A stretch of DNA of 64,000 bases, from positions 926,459 through 990,458 of the forward strand of contig JADJVA010000020.1 of the NCBI GenBank assembly GCA_016716765.1, in the 5' to 3' direction. Shown here piece after piece: positions 9,014-19,949 of this stretch (position 1 is its first letter; each line of letters opens with the position of its first letter). The stretch comes from Bdellovibrionales bacterium (GTDB lineage: Bacteria > Bdellovibrionota > Bdellovibrionia > Bdellovibrionales > UBA1609). Below the pieces are notes generated by a model, which saw only the letters and a program-made list of their open reading frames with translations, searched no databases and had not been told where the DNA came from. The position numbers and the translations under genes were made by a program.

Positions 9014-11211
9014 ACTTTAAAAGGCGCTTTTTTTGGAAGTTTGTCTTGTTTTTTGGAATGGGTGCGCTCGCCCTGGTATCGACAAAATTGCAGTTGGAAC
9101 ACTCGAAGACCAGGCAATTAATCAGTAGAAGGTACGGGGCACAAAAGAAGCAAACAACATTGAACTCAGTCGTCTCCGAGTTGAGAACCTGGGAGCCACT
9201 CCTCAGTCATAGCGCTCCCTCTAAAGAGATATCTCCCTCTTCGTTGGATTTCTTGAAAGCTTCGACAAAAAAAATAGATACTTATTTTGAAACACTAAAC
9301 TCATTAGATTCAGAAGGTGCGGAAGAGAAGTCCTTGTTTCATGCTCTCAGGAATGAATGGATCGAAAAGTCATTGAAGATTCAATCACTTCAAACTATTG
9401 ACTCTGTAGCAGAAATTAACTTAACTAAAATTGGATTTTTAATCGATCATTTAAATGAACTAAATAGAGAAGTTGCTGAGGAGGTCCATCCAATCATCCT
9501 CTCTGAGTCTTCGTTTATTGAAAGTCACATCGACTGGCTTTTCTATGGCTCTTTGTCTTTGACCCTCCTTTCAGGTCTCTTTCTTGTTTATGACCACAAA
9601 TCGATGCGCAGAGTTCTCCTTTCACTCAAAAAATCTCAGGATGAGGCTGTGCGATCCTCGAATTTAAAAACCCAATTTCTCGCTACGATAAGCCATGAAA
9701 TCAGAACTCCTCTTAACGGAATTGTTGCTTTGTCCGACCTCCTTATCAAGAGGCAAGCTGAAAAACCCGATCCGCAATTTCTCCAGACGATATCTGATTC
9801 CGGAAAAACTCTGATGAGAATTGTAGACGATATCCTGGAATTCTCCAAGTATGAGTCTGGCCTAGTTGACATCAAGTACAAGAATTTTGAATTAAAAAAT
9901 CTCATCGACGGTATTTTAGGTGGACTAAATCCAAAAGCCGAAGCCAAGGGAATTTACTTGGTTTCTAAATTTAGGCAAGGATTGCCAGTAAGGGTAATCG
10001 GAGACAAGGAACGCTTATCTCAAATCTTATTCAATATCATTGGGAACGCGATTAAGTTTACAAGCACGGGCGGTGTCATCCTAACGGTAGAAAGACTCCG
10101 AGAAGATGGCGAGGATTTCAGATTTACAATCCAGGATACCGGCATTGGCATGACACCGGACCAAACTGCGAAGATCTTTCAACCTTTTGTTCAATTTGAG
10201 AAGTCCGGCACATCCGGGGAGCCTGGATGTGGACTCGGTCTCTGTATCAGCCAAAAGCTTGTTCAAGCTATGGGAGGCGAGCTCAAAGTCTTTTCCAAAG
10301 CTCAAAGTGGCACTGAGATAAATTTCGAAATTCCATTGAAACTGACGAGAGATAGAGATGCAGGTCCAACTGCTTCAGTAGTAAAGAAAACTAAAAAGAT
10401 AACAAGAGAAACAGAGACACGAGGTCAGAATTATCGAGATCTAATTTTGGTTGCTGAAGATGTGAAGTCAAATCAAATTGTCATATCAGCTATTTTGAAG
10501 GAGTTGGGTTTTCAGTCCGTTATAGCCAAAAATGGAAGCGAGGCCCTTTCTATGGTTATTCAAAGAGGAAAGTCGTTTGCTATGATCCTTATGGATTGCC
10601 AAATGCCTGAAATGGATGGATTTGAAGCCACTAAAAGAATAAAGAAGCTTGGAAATCACTTTATTCCAGTGTTGGCAATGACTGCCGACGTGAGTGCTCA
10701 AAACAAGATCGCGTGTATGAATTCAGGAATGGATGAAGTGATTGCGAAGCCAATTTCTTTGGAATATATGAAGGCCCGATTAGATTGCTATTTGGGTGCT
10801 GAATATAAAGCGACGCTGCCAATCGCTCTGGAATCTCTCAGCGAAAAAATTGGGAGGGTGGCTACAGGTAAGGTTTTGAAATTCTATTTGGAAAGCCTCA
10901 GGGAGATTTTGTCTTTTGAAAAAATCTTTGATCGATACAAGGACCTGACTGAATTGACGCGGCTTGGTCACAAACTCAAGTCATCCTCATATACGGTCGG
11001 AGCCATCGAATTAGGGAAGGCCTTTGAAAAATTGGAATCCTGTAGTGATTTCGATTCGGCCATCGGATTTTTCAACGACGATATTCGACCACTCATTTAC
11101 AAAACCTACAGAGAAATGAACTCGTTAAGCCTGAGAACTGAAAAGAAAGCAATCAATCTGAGCTCCTACAGAAATATTGAATCACGGGCCACCAGCCATG
11201 TTCGAGGATAG
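9010..11211 (+). CDS. Hybrid sensor histidine kinase (2 TM, HisKA, HATPase_c, REC, C-terminal HPt)
   Basis: H-box FLATISHEIRTPLNG. N/G boxes (IIGNAIKFT, DTGIGM, GLGLCIS). REC (LVAEDVKSNQ...MDCQMPEMDG...KP). HPt-like HKLKSSSYTVGA. TTG start. Confidence 0.9.
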   Translation: MNFKRRFFWKFVLFFGMGALALVSTKLQLEHSKTRQLISRRYGAQKKQTTLNSVVSELRTWEPLLSHSAPSKEISPSSLDFLKASTKKIDTYFETLNSLDSEGAEEKSLFHALRNEWIEKSLKIQSLQTIDSVAEINLTKIGFLIDHLNELNREVAEEVHPIILSESSFIESHIDWLFYGSLSLTLLSGLFLVYDHKSMRRVLLSLKKSQDEAVRSSNLKTQFLATISHEIRTPLNGIVALSDLLIKRQAEKPDPQFLQTISDSGKTLMRIVDDILEFSKYESGLVDIKYKNFELKNLIDGILGGLNPKAEAKGIYLVSKFRQGLPVRVIGDKERLSQILFNIIGNAIKFTSTGGVILTVERLREDGEDFRFTIQDTGIGMTPDQTAKIFQPFVQFEKSGTSGEPGCGLGLCISQKLVQAMGGELKVFSKAQSGTEINFEIPLKLTRDRDAGPTASVVKKTKKITRETETRGQNYRDLILVAEDVKSNQIVISAILKELGFQSVIAKNGSEALSMVIQRGKSFAMILMDCQMPEMDGFEATKRIKKLGNHFIPVLAMTADVSAQNKIACMNSGMDEVIAKPISLEYMKARLDCYLGAEYKATLPIALESLSEKIGRVATGKVLKFYLESLREILSFEKIFDRYKDLTELTRLGHKLKSSSYTVGAIELGKAFEKLESCSDFDSAIGFFNDDIRPLIYKTYREMNSLSLRTEKKAINLSSYRNIESRATSHVRG

Positions 11212-11549
11212 GAGTTGAAGTGAGTACAGGCGGAACCTTGAAAAAATTAAAAATCGATAACCGCCTTGATAGTCATCTCAGGTTTCAATTTTCTCAATGG
11301 AATTGACCCGGCCGGTCAATCTAGGTGTTTTGCCTCAGGATCACGGAGCATGGCCTCAATAAATACCTCTCCACTCAGCTCAAAAACTTTTGTGAGTTCA
11401 GGCGTACAATTGAGAAGCAACGAGAAATTTGACCAACGCAAGCACTTCACTGAGATCCAATTTGATGAATTACAAATCATCTGGTAGTTAGTTAAGGTTC
11501 CATAAGGACAATCTAAACTCGTCTTAATCTTTCTCAAAGGAGCTTCAAA

Positions 11550-12032
11550 ATGATTCGCGAAGTTGAAGGGGATATCTTACTCTCAAAGGCAGAGGCCCTC
11601 GCTCATGGTGTCGCCGTGGATGACGATTTCAAACAAGGTCTGGCTTTACAGCTTCGTGAACGATGGCCTTCACTTTACAAGGACTTTCGTCACTACTGTC
11701 AGACTCAATCTCCGAGCGAAGGGGAATTCTGGACCTGGAAGGGAGCGGGAAGCAGCGCCATCATCAATCTTCTCACCCAAAAGCCGCCTCTCTCCAAAGG
11801 ACAACATCCGGGTAAGGCGACCTTGAGCAATGTTGGCCATTGCTTGAAGAAATTGGCCTCGGAAGTTAAATCAAATGGTTACAAGAGTCTTGCCATCACA
11901 AAACTTGCCACAGGGGTCGGAGGTCTCGAATGGAAAGACGTAAAACCTTTGATAGACCAACATCTAGGTTCACTTGATATCCCCGTGTTTGTGTATTCCA
12001 AATATGTGAAGGATAAATCGGGCGAGCAATAA
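11550..12032 (+). CDS. Stand-alone macro domain protein of the TARG1/DarG-like class
   Basis: EGDILLSKAEALAHGVAVDDDFKQGLA... and ...KSLAITKLATGVGGLEWKDVKPLI...IPVFVY are colinear with human TARG1 as I recall it (EGDLF..SLAHCISED..MGAGIA ... LSMPRIGCGLDRLQWENV...ITVY). Confidence 0.65.
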   Translation: MIREVEGDILLSKAEALAHGVAVDDDFKQGLALQLRERWPSLYKDFRHYCQTQSPSEGEFWTWKGAGSSAIINLLTQKPPLSKGQHPGKATLSNVGHCLKKLASEVKSNGYKSLAITKLATGVGGLEWKDVKPLIDQHLGSLDIPVFVYSKYVKDKSGEQ

Positions 12033-12056
12033 AATTGTAAATAAGGGGGGGGTATC

Positions 12057-12186
12057 ATGGGTAAAATGGCTTTGCTCACGGGAGCAAGTGAGAGGATTGG
12101 AGAATGCATTTGCAGTTCGTTTGGCAGATGACCAATTCAAGATTGAAGTCCGAAGATCACTGAAAATAAGTTTATTCGGTCTCTAG
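12057..12186 (+). pseudogene. N-terminal remnant of an SDR gene, frame-disrupted and truncated by the 3' end of pflA
   Basis: A strong G-rich SD precedes MGKMALLTGASERIGE, which stops after 24 codons. The +1 frame continues as ENAFAVRLADDQFKIEV. Together these form the classic TGxxxxIG-xxA-xxLA Rossmann start. There is no remainder of the gene. Confidence 0.55.
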
Positions 12187-12909
12187 TCCAACTCGTCTAA
12201 ATATTTCCTGAACTCTTACCAGTTGCTCTCGGCTTGGGGGCAATGTTTTATCTAATTCATATTTAAAGCCCATTTGCTTCCATTTGTATTCGCCCATTTT
12301 ATGAAAGGGAAGCACCTGGACCTTCGCAATGTTCTTTCTCTTGGATATCAAATTTGCGAGCGAAGTGACCTCATCCTCTGAATCGGTCAGACCAGGAACA
12401 AGAACAAAGCGCACCCAGGTTTTTTTTTCGATTTGCTCCAAGTAATCAAGCATGTTCAATGTTGGCCCCAATTTAACTCCCGTCACTTTTCTGTACGTCT
12501 TGGGGTCAAAGGCCTTAATGTCGAGTAGAACCAAGTTCACAGAATCAACAGCCGAAGATTGTTTCGAATTTATCTGAAAGTTAAATCCGGAGGTATCGAG
12601 AGCCGTATGAATATTAGCCTCGCGACAAGCGTCCGCAAGATCTCCTATGAAGTCAGGTTGGAGAAGCGGTTCTCCGCCTGTAAATGTAACTCCGCCTCCA
12701 GACTTTTCAAAATAAGCTCGGTATCGCCAAATCTCACGAAAGAGTTCCTCTGTCGTCACCTCACGCCCTTCATGTGGATGACGGGTATCGGGATTGTGAC
12801 AATACAGGCAACGAAGCGAACAGCCTTGCATAAAAACAAGATAGCGAACCCCAGGACCATCCACGGTACCGCAAGTTTCAATTGAGTGAATGCGTCCTTT
12901 CACGGACAT
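12172..12909 (-). CDS. pflA: Pyruvate formate-lyase activating enzyme (radical SAM)
   Basis: CSLRCLYCHNPDT radical-SAM cluster motif, 245 aa, and a start overlapping the pflB stop (TGATG). Confidence 0.95.
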   Translation of the reverse strand: MSVKGRIHSIETCGTVDGPGVRYLVFMQGCSLRCLYCHNPDTRHPHEGREVTTEELFREIWRYRAYFEKSGGGVTFTGGEPLLQPDFIGDLADACREANIHTALDTSGFNFQINSKQSSAVDSVNLVLLDIKAFDPKTYRKVTGVKLGPTLNMLDYLEQIEKKTWVRFVLVPGLTDSEDEVTSLANLISKRKNIAKVQVLPFHKMGEYKWKQMGFKYELDKTLPPSREQLVRVQEIFRRVGLETE

Positions 12910-15149
12910 CAGGTGCCTAATTTTTCGTGAAAAGTGCGGCGCACAACCTCTTCCTGCTGCTCACGAGTCAATTTGATAAAATTGACGGCATATCCCGACA
13001 CACGAATTGTGAGTTGTGGAAACTCCTCGGGGTGATCCATCGCCTTTAAAAGAGTATCGCGATCAAGCACATTCACATTCATGTGATGACCCCCATCGTG
13101 AAAATAGGCTGTCAACAATCCGATCAAATTTGTAACTTGATCTCTCTCTGTTGATCCCAAGGCCTTCGGAATAATAGAGAATGTGTTGGAGATGCCATCC
13201 CTGGCGTAGCGATAAGGAATCTTTGCCACTGACTCCATTGCTGCCACTGCGCCATGGGTCTCGCGGCCATGCATAGGATTTGCTCCTGGAGCAAAGGCTT
13301 CGCCAAGTCTTCTCCCGTCAGGAGTACACCCCGTCTTTTTTCCATAGACAACATTTGAAGTGATCGTCAGAACAGACAAAGTGGGAATTGCTTCCCGGTA
13401 AGTCTTTTGCTTTCGCAGTTTATTCATGAAGCGCTTCACAATATCGACCGCGATCAAATCAACCCGATCATCATTATTGCCATACTGGGGATAGTTTTCG
13501 GTGCTCCGAATAAAATCTACCGCAAGCCCACGCTCATCCCTCACCACTTTAACTTCTGAATAACGAATGGCAGACAAAGAATCTGCGACGACTGACAAGC
13601 CAGCCATGCCAGTCGCAAGAAACCGCTCCACGTGAGTGTCGTGCAATGACATTTCAATTTTTTCATAGCAGTATTTGTCATGCATATAGTGAATCACGTT
13701 CAAAGTATTCACATAAAGGTGTGCCAACCATTCCAACATCAAATCAAATTTATGAAGCACGTCTTCATATTGAAGAACATCGCCCATCACTGGAGCGAAT
13801 TCCGGACCGACCTGCTGACCGCTGATCTCGTCGCGACCACCGTTAATCGCATAGAGCAAGCATTTTGCAAGATTGGCGCGAGCACCAAAAAATTGCATTT
13901 GCTTTCCAATTTTAGCCGCAGAAACACAGCAGGCAATTGCATAGTCGTCGCCAAACGTATGGCGCATCAGATCATCATTTTCATATTGTATCGAACTCTT
14001 ATCGATCGAAACTTTTGCGCAATACTGTTTGAAAGGCTCGGGCAAGCGTTCCGCCCACAATACAGTGAGATTTGGCTCTGGCGCAGGACCCAGATTGTAC
14101 AAAGTGTGCAAAAATCTGAAGCTCGTACGAGTCACCAAAGACCGTCCGTCTTCGCTCATACCTCCAATGGATTCCGTGACCCAGGTTGGATCTCCTGAAA
14201 AGAGCTGATCATATTCGGGAGTCCGAGAAAATCGAACCATCCTCAATTTCATCACAAACTGATCCACCAACTCCTGGGCCTGAGTTTCAGTCAATTCTCC
14301 AGCTTTCAAATCTCTTTCTATATATATATCAAAGAAAGAGGAGACTCTTCCCAACGACATGGCTGCCCCATTCTGCTCTTTGACGGCAGACAGATAGGCA
14401 AAATAGGTCCACTGAATCGCTTCTTTCGCTGTGTTAGCTGGCCGACTGATATCAAAACCATAACTGGCAGCCATCACCTTGAGGGACTGAAGGGCTTTGA
14501 TTTGCTCAAAAAGCTCTTCGCGGCTACGAAGACTATCAGACTCAAGATCAATTTCTTCGCAGTCTTTGAGATCATTTTCCTTTTTTTTAATTAAACGATC
14601 AACTCCATAAAGAGCCACTCTTCTATAGTCGCCTATGATTCGCCCTCGACCGTAGGCATCTGGAAGACCCGTGATGATTCCTGACTTTCTCGCAGCCATC
14701 ATCTCTGGCGTGTAAGCCGCAAAAACTCCATCATTGTGAGTTTTTCGATGTTTCTGAAAAAAATCAATAAGGCTTGGGTTCATCTTGTAACCGTAAGACT
14801 CTAAAGCATCCGCCGCCATCCGTACTCCACCGTAAGCGACAAGTGCCCTCTTCAGTGGTCTATCTGTTTGAAGGCCAACTATTTTTTCCAAATTCTTATC
14901 AATGTATCCGGGCCCGTGAGAGGTAATTGAAGAAACAACTTCGGTATCGGCATCAAGAATTCCCTTTTGTCTTTCCTCCTTCATGAGACCAAGCACTCGA
15001 TCCCATAGCTCAGACGTTTCCTGGCTTGGACCAACAAGAAAGCTCGCATCACCTTCATAGGCTTGATAATTTTTCTGGATAAAATCGCGCACGTTTATCT
15101 CAGATTCCCAACGACCTGATTCCCACCGACCGGTAACATTGTATTTCAT
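12909..15149 (-). CDS. pflB: Formate C-acetyltransferase (pyruvate formate-lyase)
   Basis: Glycyl-radical motif RVSGYAVNF, catalytic IACCVSA, N-terminal [11 protein letters not shown], 746 aa. Confidence 0.95.
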   Translation of the reverse strand: MKYNVTGRWESGRWESEINVRDFIQKNYQAYEGDASFLVGPSQETSELWDRVLGLMKEERQKGILDADTEVVSSITSHGPGYIDKNLEKIVGLQTDRPLKRALVAYGGVRMAADALESYGYKMNPSLIDFFQKHRKTHNDGVFAAYTPEMMAARKSGIITGLPDAYGRGRIIGDYRRVALYGVDRLIKKKENDLKDCEEIDLESDSLRSREELFEQIKALQSLKVMAASYGFDISRPANTAKEAIQWTYFAYLSAVKEQNGAAMSLGRVSSFFDIYIERDLKAGELTETQAQELVDQFVMKLRMVRFSRTPEYDQLFSGDPTWVTESIGGMSEDGRSLVTRTSFRFLHTLYNLGPAPEPNLTVLWAERLPEPFKQYCAKVSIDKSSIQYENDDLMRHTFGDDYAIACCVSAAKIGKQMQFFGARANLAKCLLYAINGGRDEISGQQVGPEFAPVMGDVLQYEDVLHKFDLMLEWLAHLYVNTLNVIHYMHDKYCYEKIEMSLHDTHVERFLATGMAGLSVVADSLSAIRYSEVKVVRDERGLAVDFIRSTENYPQYGNNDDRVDLIAVDIVKRFMNKLRKQKTYREAIPTLSVLTITSNVVYGKKTGCTPDGRRLGEAFAPGANPMHGRETHGAVAAMESVAKIPYRYARDGISNTFSIIPKALGSTERDQVTNLIGLLTAYFHDGGHHMNVNVLDRDTLLKAMDHPEEFPQLTIRVSGYAVNFIKLTREQQEEVVRRTFHEKLGT

Positions 15150-15219
15150 ACTTCCCCCCCCGAATTGAAATAAGGCTACTACATGGAGGTCCGAAACTAA
15201 AGACCATTAAAAACAACTT

Positions 15220-16251
15220 TTAACAAATTCTTGGCAACTGTTCTCCACTCTGTTTTTCAAGAGAATAAGTTGTGCCGAATTCTGTTTCAATGAGCAAACG
15301 CCCAACAGAGCCATCCAATACAGTTCCGATAGCGGAGGAAGAGGGATCAAATTTTTTTAAGATCTTAAGGCATTCTGCCACAGCTGAATTGGGGACGATT
15401 GCTACCATCGTTCCTTCATTGGCACAAAACAAGGGATCAAGACCCAGCATTTCGCAGGCACCAGAAACCGAACTATCAACACATATCATTTTTTCCTTTA
15501 TTTTCATCTCAAGAACTCGCGTTTGCGCAAGCTCAATCAGCGCTGTGGCCAAACCGCCTCGAGTTAAATCCCGCATGACGTGAACTTCTGCATTTGATCT
15601 CAAGAGCTCCTTCACTCGTGGCCATAGATGAGAACAATCAGACTGGATCGATGATTCAAAGCCGAGATTTGCTCGATCTGCCATAATAGATATTCCGTGC
15701 CGGCCAATGGGGCCACTGAGAACAATCACATCTCCCGTACAGATATTTCTTGGAACAAAAGAATTCTTTGAAGGAGGTATCCCAATTCCACTGACATTGA
15801 TATAAATGCCATCTCCTCTTCCCCGTTCAACAACCTTTGTGTCGCCCGCAACAACTTTGACTCCGATTTCCCGAGCGGCCTGAGCCATCGAATCGACGAT
15901 TCGAATAAAATCTTTGATCGCCAGACCCTCCTCCAAGATAAAACCAACGGACAACCATCGTGGCTCGGCCCCTCCCATAGCCAAATCATTGCATGTTCCC
16001 GTCACGGCCAACTTGCCTATGTCTCCACCTCGAAAAAAAATTGGATTCACAACAAAGGAATCTGTCGCAAAACATAACTTGGAACTATCCAAAAATAGAT
16101 TGGCACAATCACTTGCCTCATTTAAACAATTCGAATCAAATGCCGGTTTTAAAATTTCATCAATCAATTGCTGTGTGAGGCGCCCACCTCCCCCATGAGC
16201 CAAGGTGATCGTAGGATATCTTTCAAATGGAAATCGACAGATCCAATCCAT
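15220..16251 (-). CDS. hypE: Hydrogenase maturation protein HypE
   Basis: AIR-synthase-like fold sequence ending in the HypE C-terminal PRIC motif. Confidence 0.9.
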   Translation of the reverse strand: MDWICRFPFERYPTITLAHGGGGRLTQQLIDEILKPAFDSNCLNEASDCANLFLDSSKLCFATDSFVVNPIFFRGGDIGKLAVTGTCNDLAMGGAEPRWLSVGFILEEGLAIKDFIRIVDSMAQAAREIGVKVVAGDTKVVERGRGDGIYINVSGIGIPPSKNSFVPRNICTGDVIVLSGPIGRHGISIMADRANLGFESSIQSDCSHLWPRVKELLRSNAEVHVMRDLTRGGLATALIELAQTRVLEMKIKEKMICVDSSVSGACEMLGLDPLFCANEGTMVAIVPNSAVAECLKILKKFDPSSSAIGTVLDGSVGRLLIETEFGTTYSLEKQSGEQLPRIC

Positions 16252-16263
16252 ATTAGGCTCTCT

Positions 16264-17379
16264 CTATTCTTTCGTTAACTTTCCTTCGAACCGACGATAT
16301 TTCCAATACGCAGCACAGGCCCCTTCATTCGAAACCATCGTCGCACCCAAGGGATTGTCAGGATGACAAATCCTATCAAAAGCCTCACAATCGTGGGGCT
16401 TCCTTATTCCTTGCAAGATCAGTCCACTGATGCAGTTTACAGGAGACACCGATAACTCTCTTTCAGCTAATTTTTCTCTAAAGCGAATTTCAGCATCGAA
16501 TTTGCGATAGGCTTCACTCAAAGTTAATCCGCTCCCATCAATTGCACCAAGACCCCGCCACTCTTTCTTTACAATCACGAACACGTCCTTCAAGATATCT
16601 TGAGCCACAGGATTTCCGCCCTCCGATACCGCGCGCGTGTACTGATTTTCGACTTCGAACCGACCTTCTTCAAGCTGGCGAACAAGGAGGTAAATTCCCT
16701 CTAAAAGATCGAGCGGTTCAAAACCCGTAATGACGATCGGAGTTTTGTATTTTGCAGAAATAGGTGCGTACTCATGATAACCCATAACCGCGCACACGTG
16801 ACCGGCCGCAAGAAATCCCTGGACTCGATTTTCGGCCGCTGACAGAATACTTTCCATCGCTGGCGGAACCAGGACATGAGACACGAGAACCGAGAAGTTC
16901 TGGATTCCCTTTTTATCAGCCATGTAAATAGCCATTGCGTTCGCAGGCGCGGTCGTTTCAAATCCAATTGCAAAAAAAACAACTTCTCTATCTGGATTCC
17001 TCTCGGCCAACTGAAGGGCATCCATAGGAGAGTAGACAATGCGCACATCTGCGCCCTGGGCCTTGGCTGAAAATAAATCCTGATGACTACCTGGAACCCT
17101 TAACATATCTCCAAAGGTACAAAATATAAGATTCGGAATCTTGGCCAGCACGATAGCACAATCTATTTTGTCAATCGGTGTGACACAGACTGGACAGCCC
17201 GGTCCGTGTACCAATTCGATTTTATCTGGCAACATTTGATCTATCCCATAGCGAACGATGCTGTGAGTTTGTCCTCCACAGATCTCCATCAGAACCCAAG
17301 GGCGAGTGCAGATCCTGCGGATTGAATCGATAATTTTCGCAGCCCGAATTGGATCCCGGTATTCAGCCATAAATTTCAC
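16264..17379 (-). CDS. hypD: Hydrogenase maturation protein HypD
   Basis: [10 protein letters not shown] and GFETT motifs, 371 aa. Confidence 0.9.
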   Translation of the reverse strand: MKFMAEYRDPIRAAKIIDSIRRICTRPWVLMEICGGQTHSIVRYGIDQMLPDKIELVHGPGCPVCVTPIDKIDCAIVLAKIPNLIFCTFGDMLRVPGSHQDLFSAKAQGADVRIVYSPMDALQLAERNPDREVVFFAIGFETTAPANAMAIYMADKKGIQNFSVLVSHVLVPPAMESILSAAENRVQGFLAAGHVCAVMGYHEYAPISAKYKTPIVITGFEPLDLLEGIYLLVRQLEEGRFEVENQYTRAVSEGGNPVAQDILKDVFVIVKKEWRGLGAIDGSGLTLSEAYRKFDAEIRFREKLAERELSVSPVNCISGLILQGIRKPHDCEAFDRICHPDNPLGATMVSNEGACAAYWKYRRFEGKLTKE

Positions 17380-17381
17380 GT

Positions 17382-17654
17382 TCAGTCTCCTGGCTTTCCC
17401 AGTTCCCCCATTTCTCCCAGTGTCCGATAAATCAAATCGGCTTCGTCCTTCTTTAGGCGGGTGATGGCAAAACCCACATGAACCAGGACGTAATCCCCCA
17501 CAACAGCCTCTGGCACGTAGGTTAAGTTCACTTCTTTCACAATTCCACCAAAACTCACAAAACCTCCGCGGAGAATGAGATCTGCTCGATCTGGCAAGCG
17601 AATCACTTCGGTTGTTGAAATTTTCTCAATGCGACCAGGTACTCCGAGACACAT
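17382..17654 (-). CDS. hypC: Hydrogenase assembly chaperone HypC
   Basis: N-terminal MCLGVPG with the essential Cys2, 90 aa. Confidence 0.9.
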   Translation of the reverse strand: MCLGVPGRIEKISTTEVIRLPDRADLILRGGFVSFGGIVKEVNLTYVPEAVVGDYVLVHVGFAITRLKKDEADLIYRTLGEMGELGKPGD

Positions 17655-19936
17655 ACAATTTGTCCTACCGCAATTCCCCCATCATTGGAAGGAATGTCTC
17701 TATTCCAAAAAACTTCGATTCTACGTTCACGCAAAGCTCTCACTACAAGCTCAAGAAGGAGCGCATTTTGAAAAACTCCCCCACTTAGAACGACAGGCTT
17801 TTTTTTACAAAATTCCAAATTCCTCTGTAAAATCTCAATCAAGAGAGTGACCAATAACTGATGAAAATCAAAGGCAAGGACCGTCCTCTTTTCCTTTTCG
17901 CAAGGCTCAATGCAACAGGCCGAAAAGAGACTTCGAACGTAGTCTCTCCAATCCCACCGGAACAGACCGTCAGATCCCGTTTCGAAAAGAATCGATTTCA
18001 ATTCAACAGAGAATCCACTGCTACCGAGGTCAGTCTCGCCCAACTTCTCAGCCAAGCTCTCGAGTTCAATGGCTGCCTGCCCCTCATAACTTGAAAAATG
18101 TCGTACCTCTAAAAGAGATGAAACTCCATCGAAAAAACGGCCGAGGCTAGATGATTTGACGGAGACTGGCCGCAATGATTCCATCTGCTCAATTGAAAAT
18201 TGACATCGAAGATTTTGCCACCAGAAGCTTGAAACAATTTGGTCCAAAGAAACTCCGGCCTCGCGGAGAAGACTGAAGGCCACCCTCCAGGGTTCACGTG
18301 AAGCTCGGTCGCCACCGAGCAATGGAAAAGCCCGAAAGCTAGCGATTCTCTTCAATTCATCTTGGGAAAACAAAATAACCTCTGAGCCCCAGCTAGAACC
18401 ATCTGTTCCATACCCAGTCCCATCCCATGCCACTCCTACCACTGGCTTTGAATTCAATTCCCTCTCTGCCAGAACACCGGCAATATGAGCACAGTGATGC
18501 TGCACGGGTATATACTCCTCACCGCAGACTTCGTTAGCCATGATGCTACTGCGATAGTCAGGATGAAGATCGAAAATAACCAGCGGATTTTCTATTGAAT
18601 ATTCCTTGAGCCAGTCTGATCTGAGCTTGCGATGACGATCGTCCACCCCAGTCGCGCCCATTTGTCCAAGATAGGGACTCAAGACGATACTCCGACCCGT
18701 CCCAACTGCAATTGAATTTTTCAGATCGGCTCCAAGAGCGATGAGGGGTTTTGGCTGGAGTCTCTTCACTGACAATCTCAGAGGATATCCCCTCCCCCGG
18801 CGAAGACAGCAAGTCTCACCCATCACAACTTGAACCACAGAATCATCGCCAGAGTGGGCTATTTCCAAGTCATGATCCAAAAATAAATCTGCAATGCCCC
18901 TGAGCTCAGAAAGAGCCTGCTCAATTCGAAAGCAAATTGGCTCACTTCCGCGATTTCCACTGGTGGCGACCAGCGGACCCCCAAACATTTTTAATAATTC
19001 AAGATAGTAGGCGGAAGATGCAAGCATGATTCCCACACGATGAAGTCCGGGTGCCACCCCGTCGCACAAAAGCAGTGTTGGCGATTTTTTTCTTAACAAA
19101 ACAATTGGAGCCACAGGGCTCTCCAATGCTTTGATTTCCTCATCCCCAACCAGCGAGATCGCTCGGGCCTGAGAAATATCCTGAACCATCACAGCAAAGG
19201 GCTTTGCTGGCCGTCTCTTTCTTCTTCTCAACTCCTCAATACTTTCAATGCCCCTTGCATCACACATCAAGTGAAATCCTGAGCTCCCCTTTACGGCAAG
19301 AATCTTTCCTGATTTGAGCGCCGCACAGGCGAGCTGAAGGGCTTCCTTTGCGCTCGCCAAAGGCTCTCCGCTCGGGGTTCTCAATTTGAGAGATGGACCA
19401 CACTGAGGACAAGAGATACCCTGAACGTGAAAACGTCGATTCTCAGGATCCTCGTACTCATCCTGACATTCAGAGCAAAACGGAAAGGACCTCCAAGAAG
19501 TCAACTTCCTATCATAGGGCATCCCAATAGAGACACTCTGGCGAGGCCCACATTCGGCGCATGAAATAAAAGAAAAGCCGAACCTTCGATCCTTTGGGTC
19601 CTGATATTCCTTTCTACATTCGCTGCAAATGGCTCTGTCGGGGCTAAGAACTGAGGATTTTGGATTAAAAAAATGGCTTTCATCAATTTTAAAATTGAAT
19701 TCACGAACAACTGGAGAAAGGTACTTTTTTTCAACCACTTCTCCCGCTTCTCCAATGAGTTGCTCAAATTTCTCGAGATCCCCTGCATTTTGCGATTGTG
19801 CCTCGATGAGGACAGCATCTGATTCGTTCAAAACTCGTCCTGTAATCCCATGGGCTTTCGCCATTCTTAGAATTTTTGGTCGAATTCCCATTCCCTGAAC
19901 AAGACCCGTGATCCGAAACTCAATTCGAATAGACAC
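17603..19936 (-). CDS. hypF: Carbamoyltransferase HypF
   Basis: Acylphosphatase-like N-terminus, two zinc-finger pairs (CSECRKEY...CAECGPR; CSECQDEY...CPQCGP), and YrdC-like and Kae1-like regions. The 3' end overlaps hypC by 52 nt. Confidence 0.9.
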   Translation of the reverse strand: MSIRIEFRITGLVQGMGIRPKILRMAKAHGITGRVLNESDAVLIEAQSQNAGDLEKFEQLIGEAGEVVEKKYLSPVVREFNFKIDESHFFNPKSSVLSPDRAICSECRKEYQDPKDRRFGFSFISCAECGPRQSVSIGMPYDRKLTSWRSFPFCSECQDEYEDPENRRFHVQGISCPQCGPSLKLRTPSGEPLASAKEALQLACAALKSGKILAVKGSSGFHLMCDARGIESIEELRRRKRRPAKPFAVMVQDISQARAISLVGDEEIKALESPVAPIVLLRKKSPTLLLCDGVAPGLHRVGIMLASSAYYLELLKMFGGPLVATSGNRGSEPICFRIEQALSELRGIADLFLDHDLEIAHSGDDSVVQVVMGETCCLRRGRGYPLRLSVKRLQPKPLIALGADLKNSIAVGTGRSIVLSPYLGQMGATGVDDRHRKLRSDWLKEYSIENPLVIFDLHPDYRSSIMANEVCGEEYIPVQHHCAHIAGVLAERELNSKPVVGVAWDGTGYGTDGSSWGSEVILFSQDELKRIASFRAFPLLGGDRASREPWRVAFSLLREAGVSLDQIVSSFWWQNLRCQFSIEQMESLRPVSVKSSSLGRFFDGVSSLLEVRHFSSYEGQAAIELESLAEKLGETDLGSSGFSVELKSILFETGSDGLFRWDWRDYVRSLFSACCIEPCEKEKRTVLAFDFHQLLVTLLIEILQRNLEFCKKKPVVLSGGVFQNALLLELVVRALRERRIEVFWNRDIPSNDGGIAVGQIVCVSEYLVALRKFQQPK

Positions 19937-19949
19937 CTTGATTGATCCT

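Noticed and set aside
11266-11537. Two overlapping 73-aa ORFs on opposite strands
   Set aside because: Neither has a credible start context or a recognisable family. The region is treated as a possible decayed gene instead.
13680-14198. 172-aa plus-strand ORF inside pflB
   Set aside because: It is antisense to a very well supported, motif-rich PflB coding region. The same reasoning applies to other long antisense ORFs in the track (214-786, 2108-2473, 3661-3999, 15272-15583, 27314-27673, 27570-27989, 31797-32330, 50083-50568, 59228-59602).
17603-17654. 52-nt overlap of hypF and hypC considered as a possible mis-call or frameshift
   Set aside because: HypF normally extends about 15-20 residues beyond the conserved ...NDGG(I/L)..GQ motif, as it does here, and hypC starts with the obligatory MC. 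The overlap is probably genuine.
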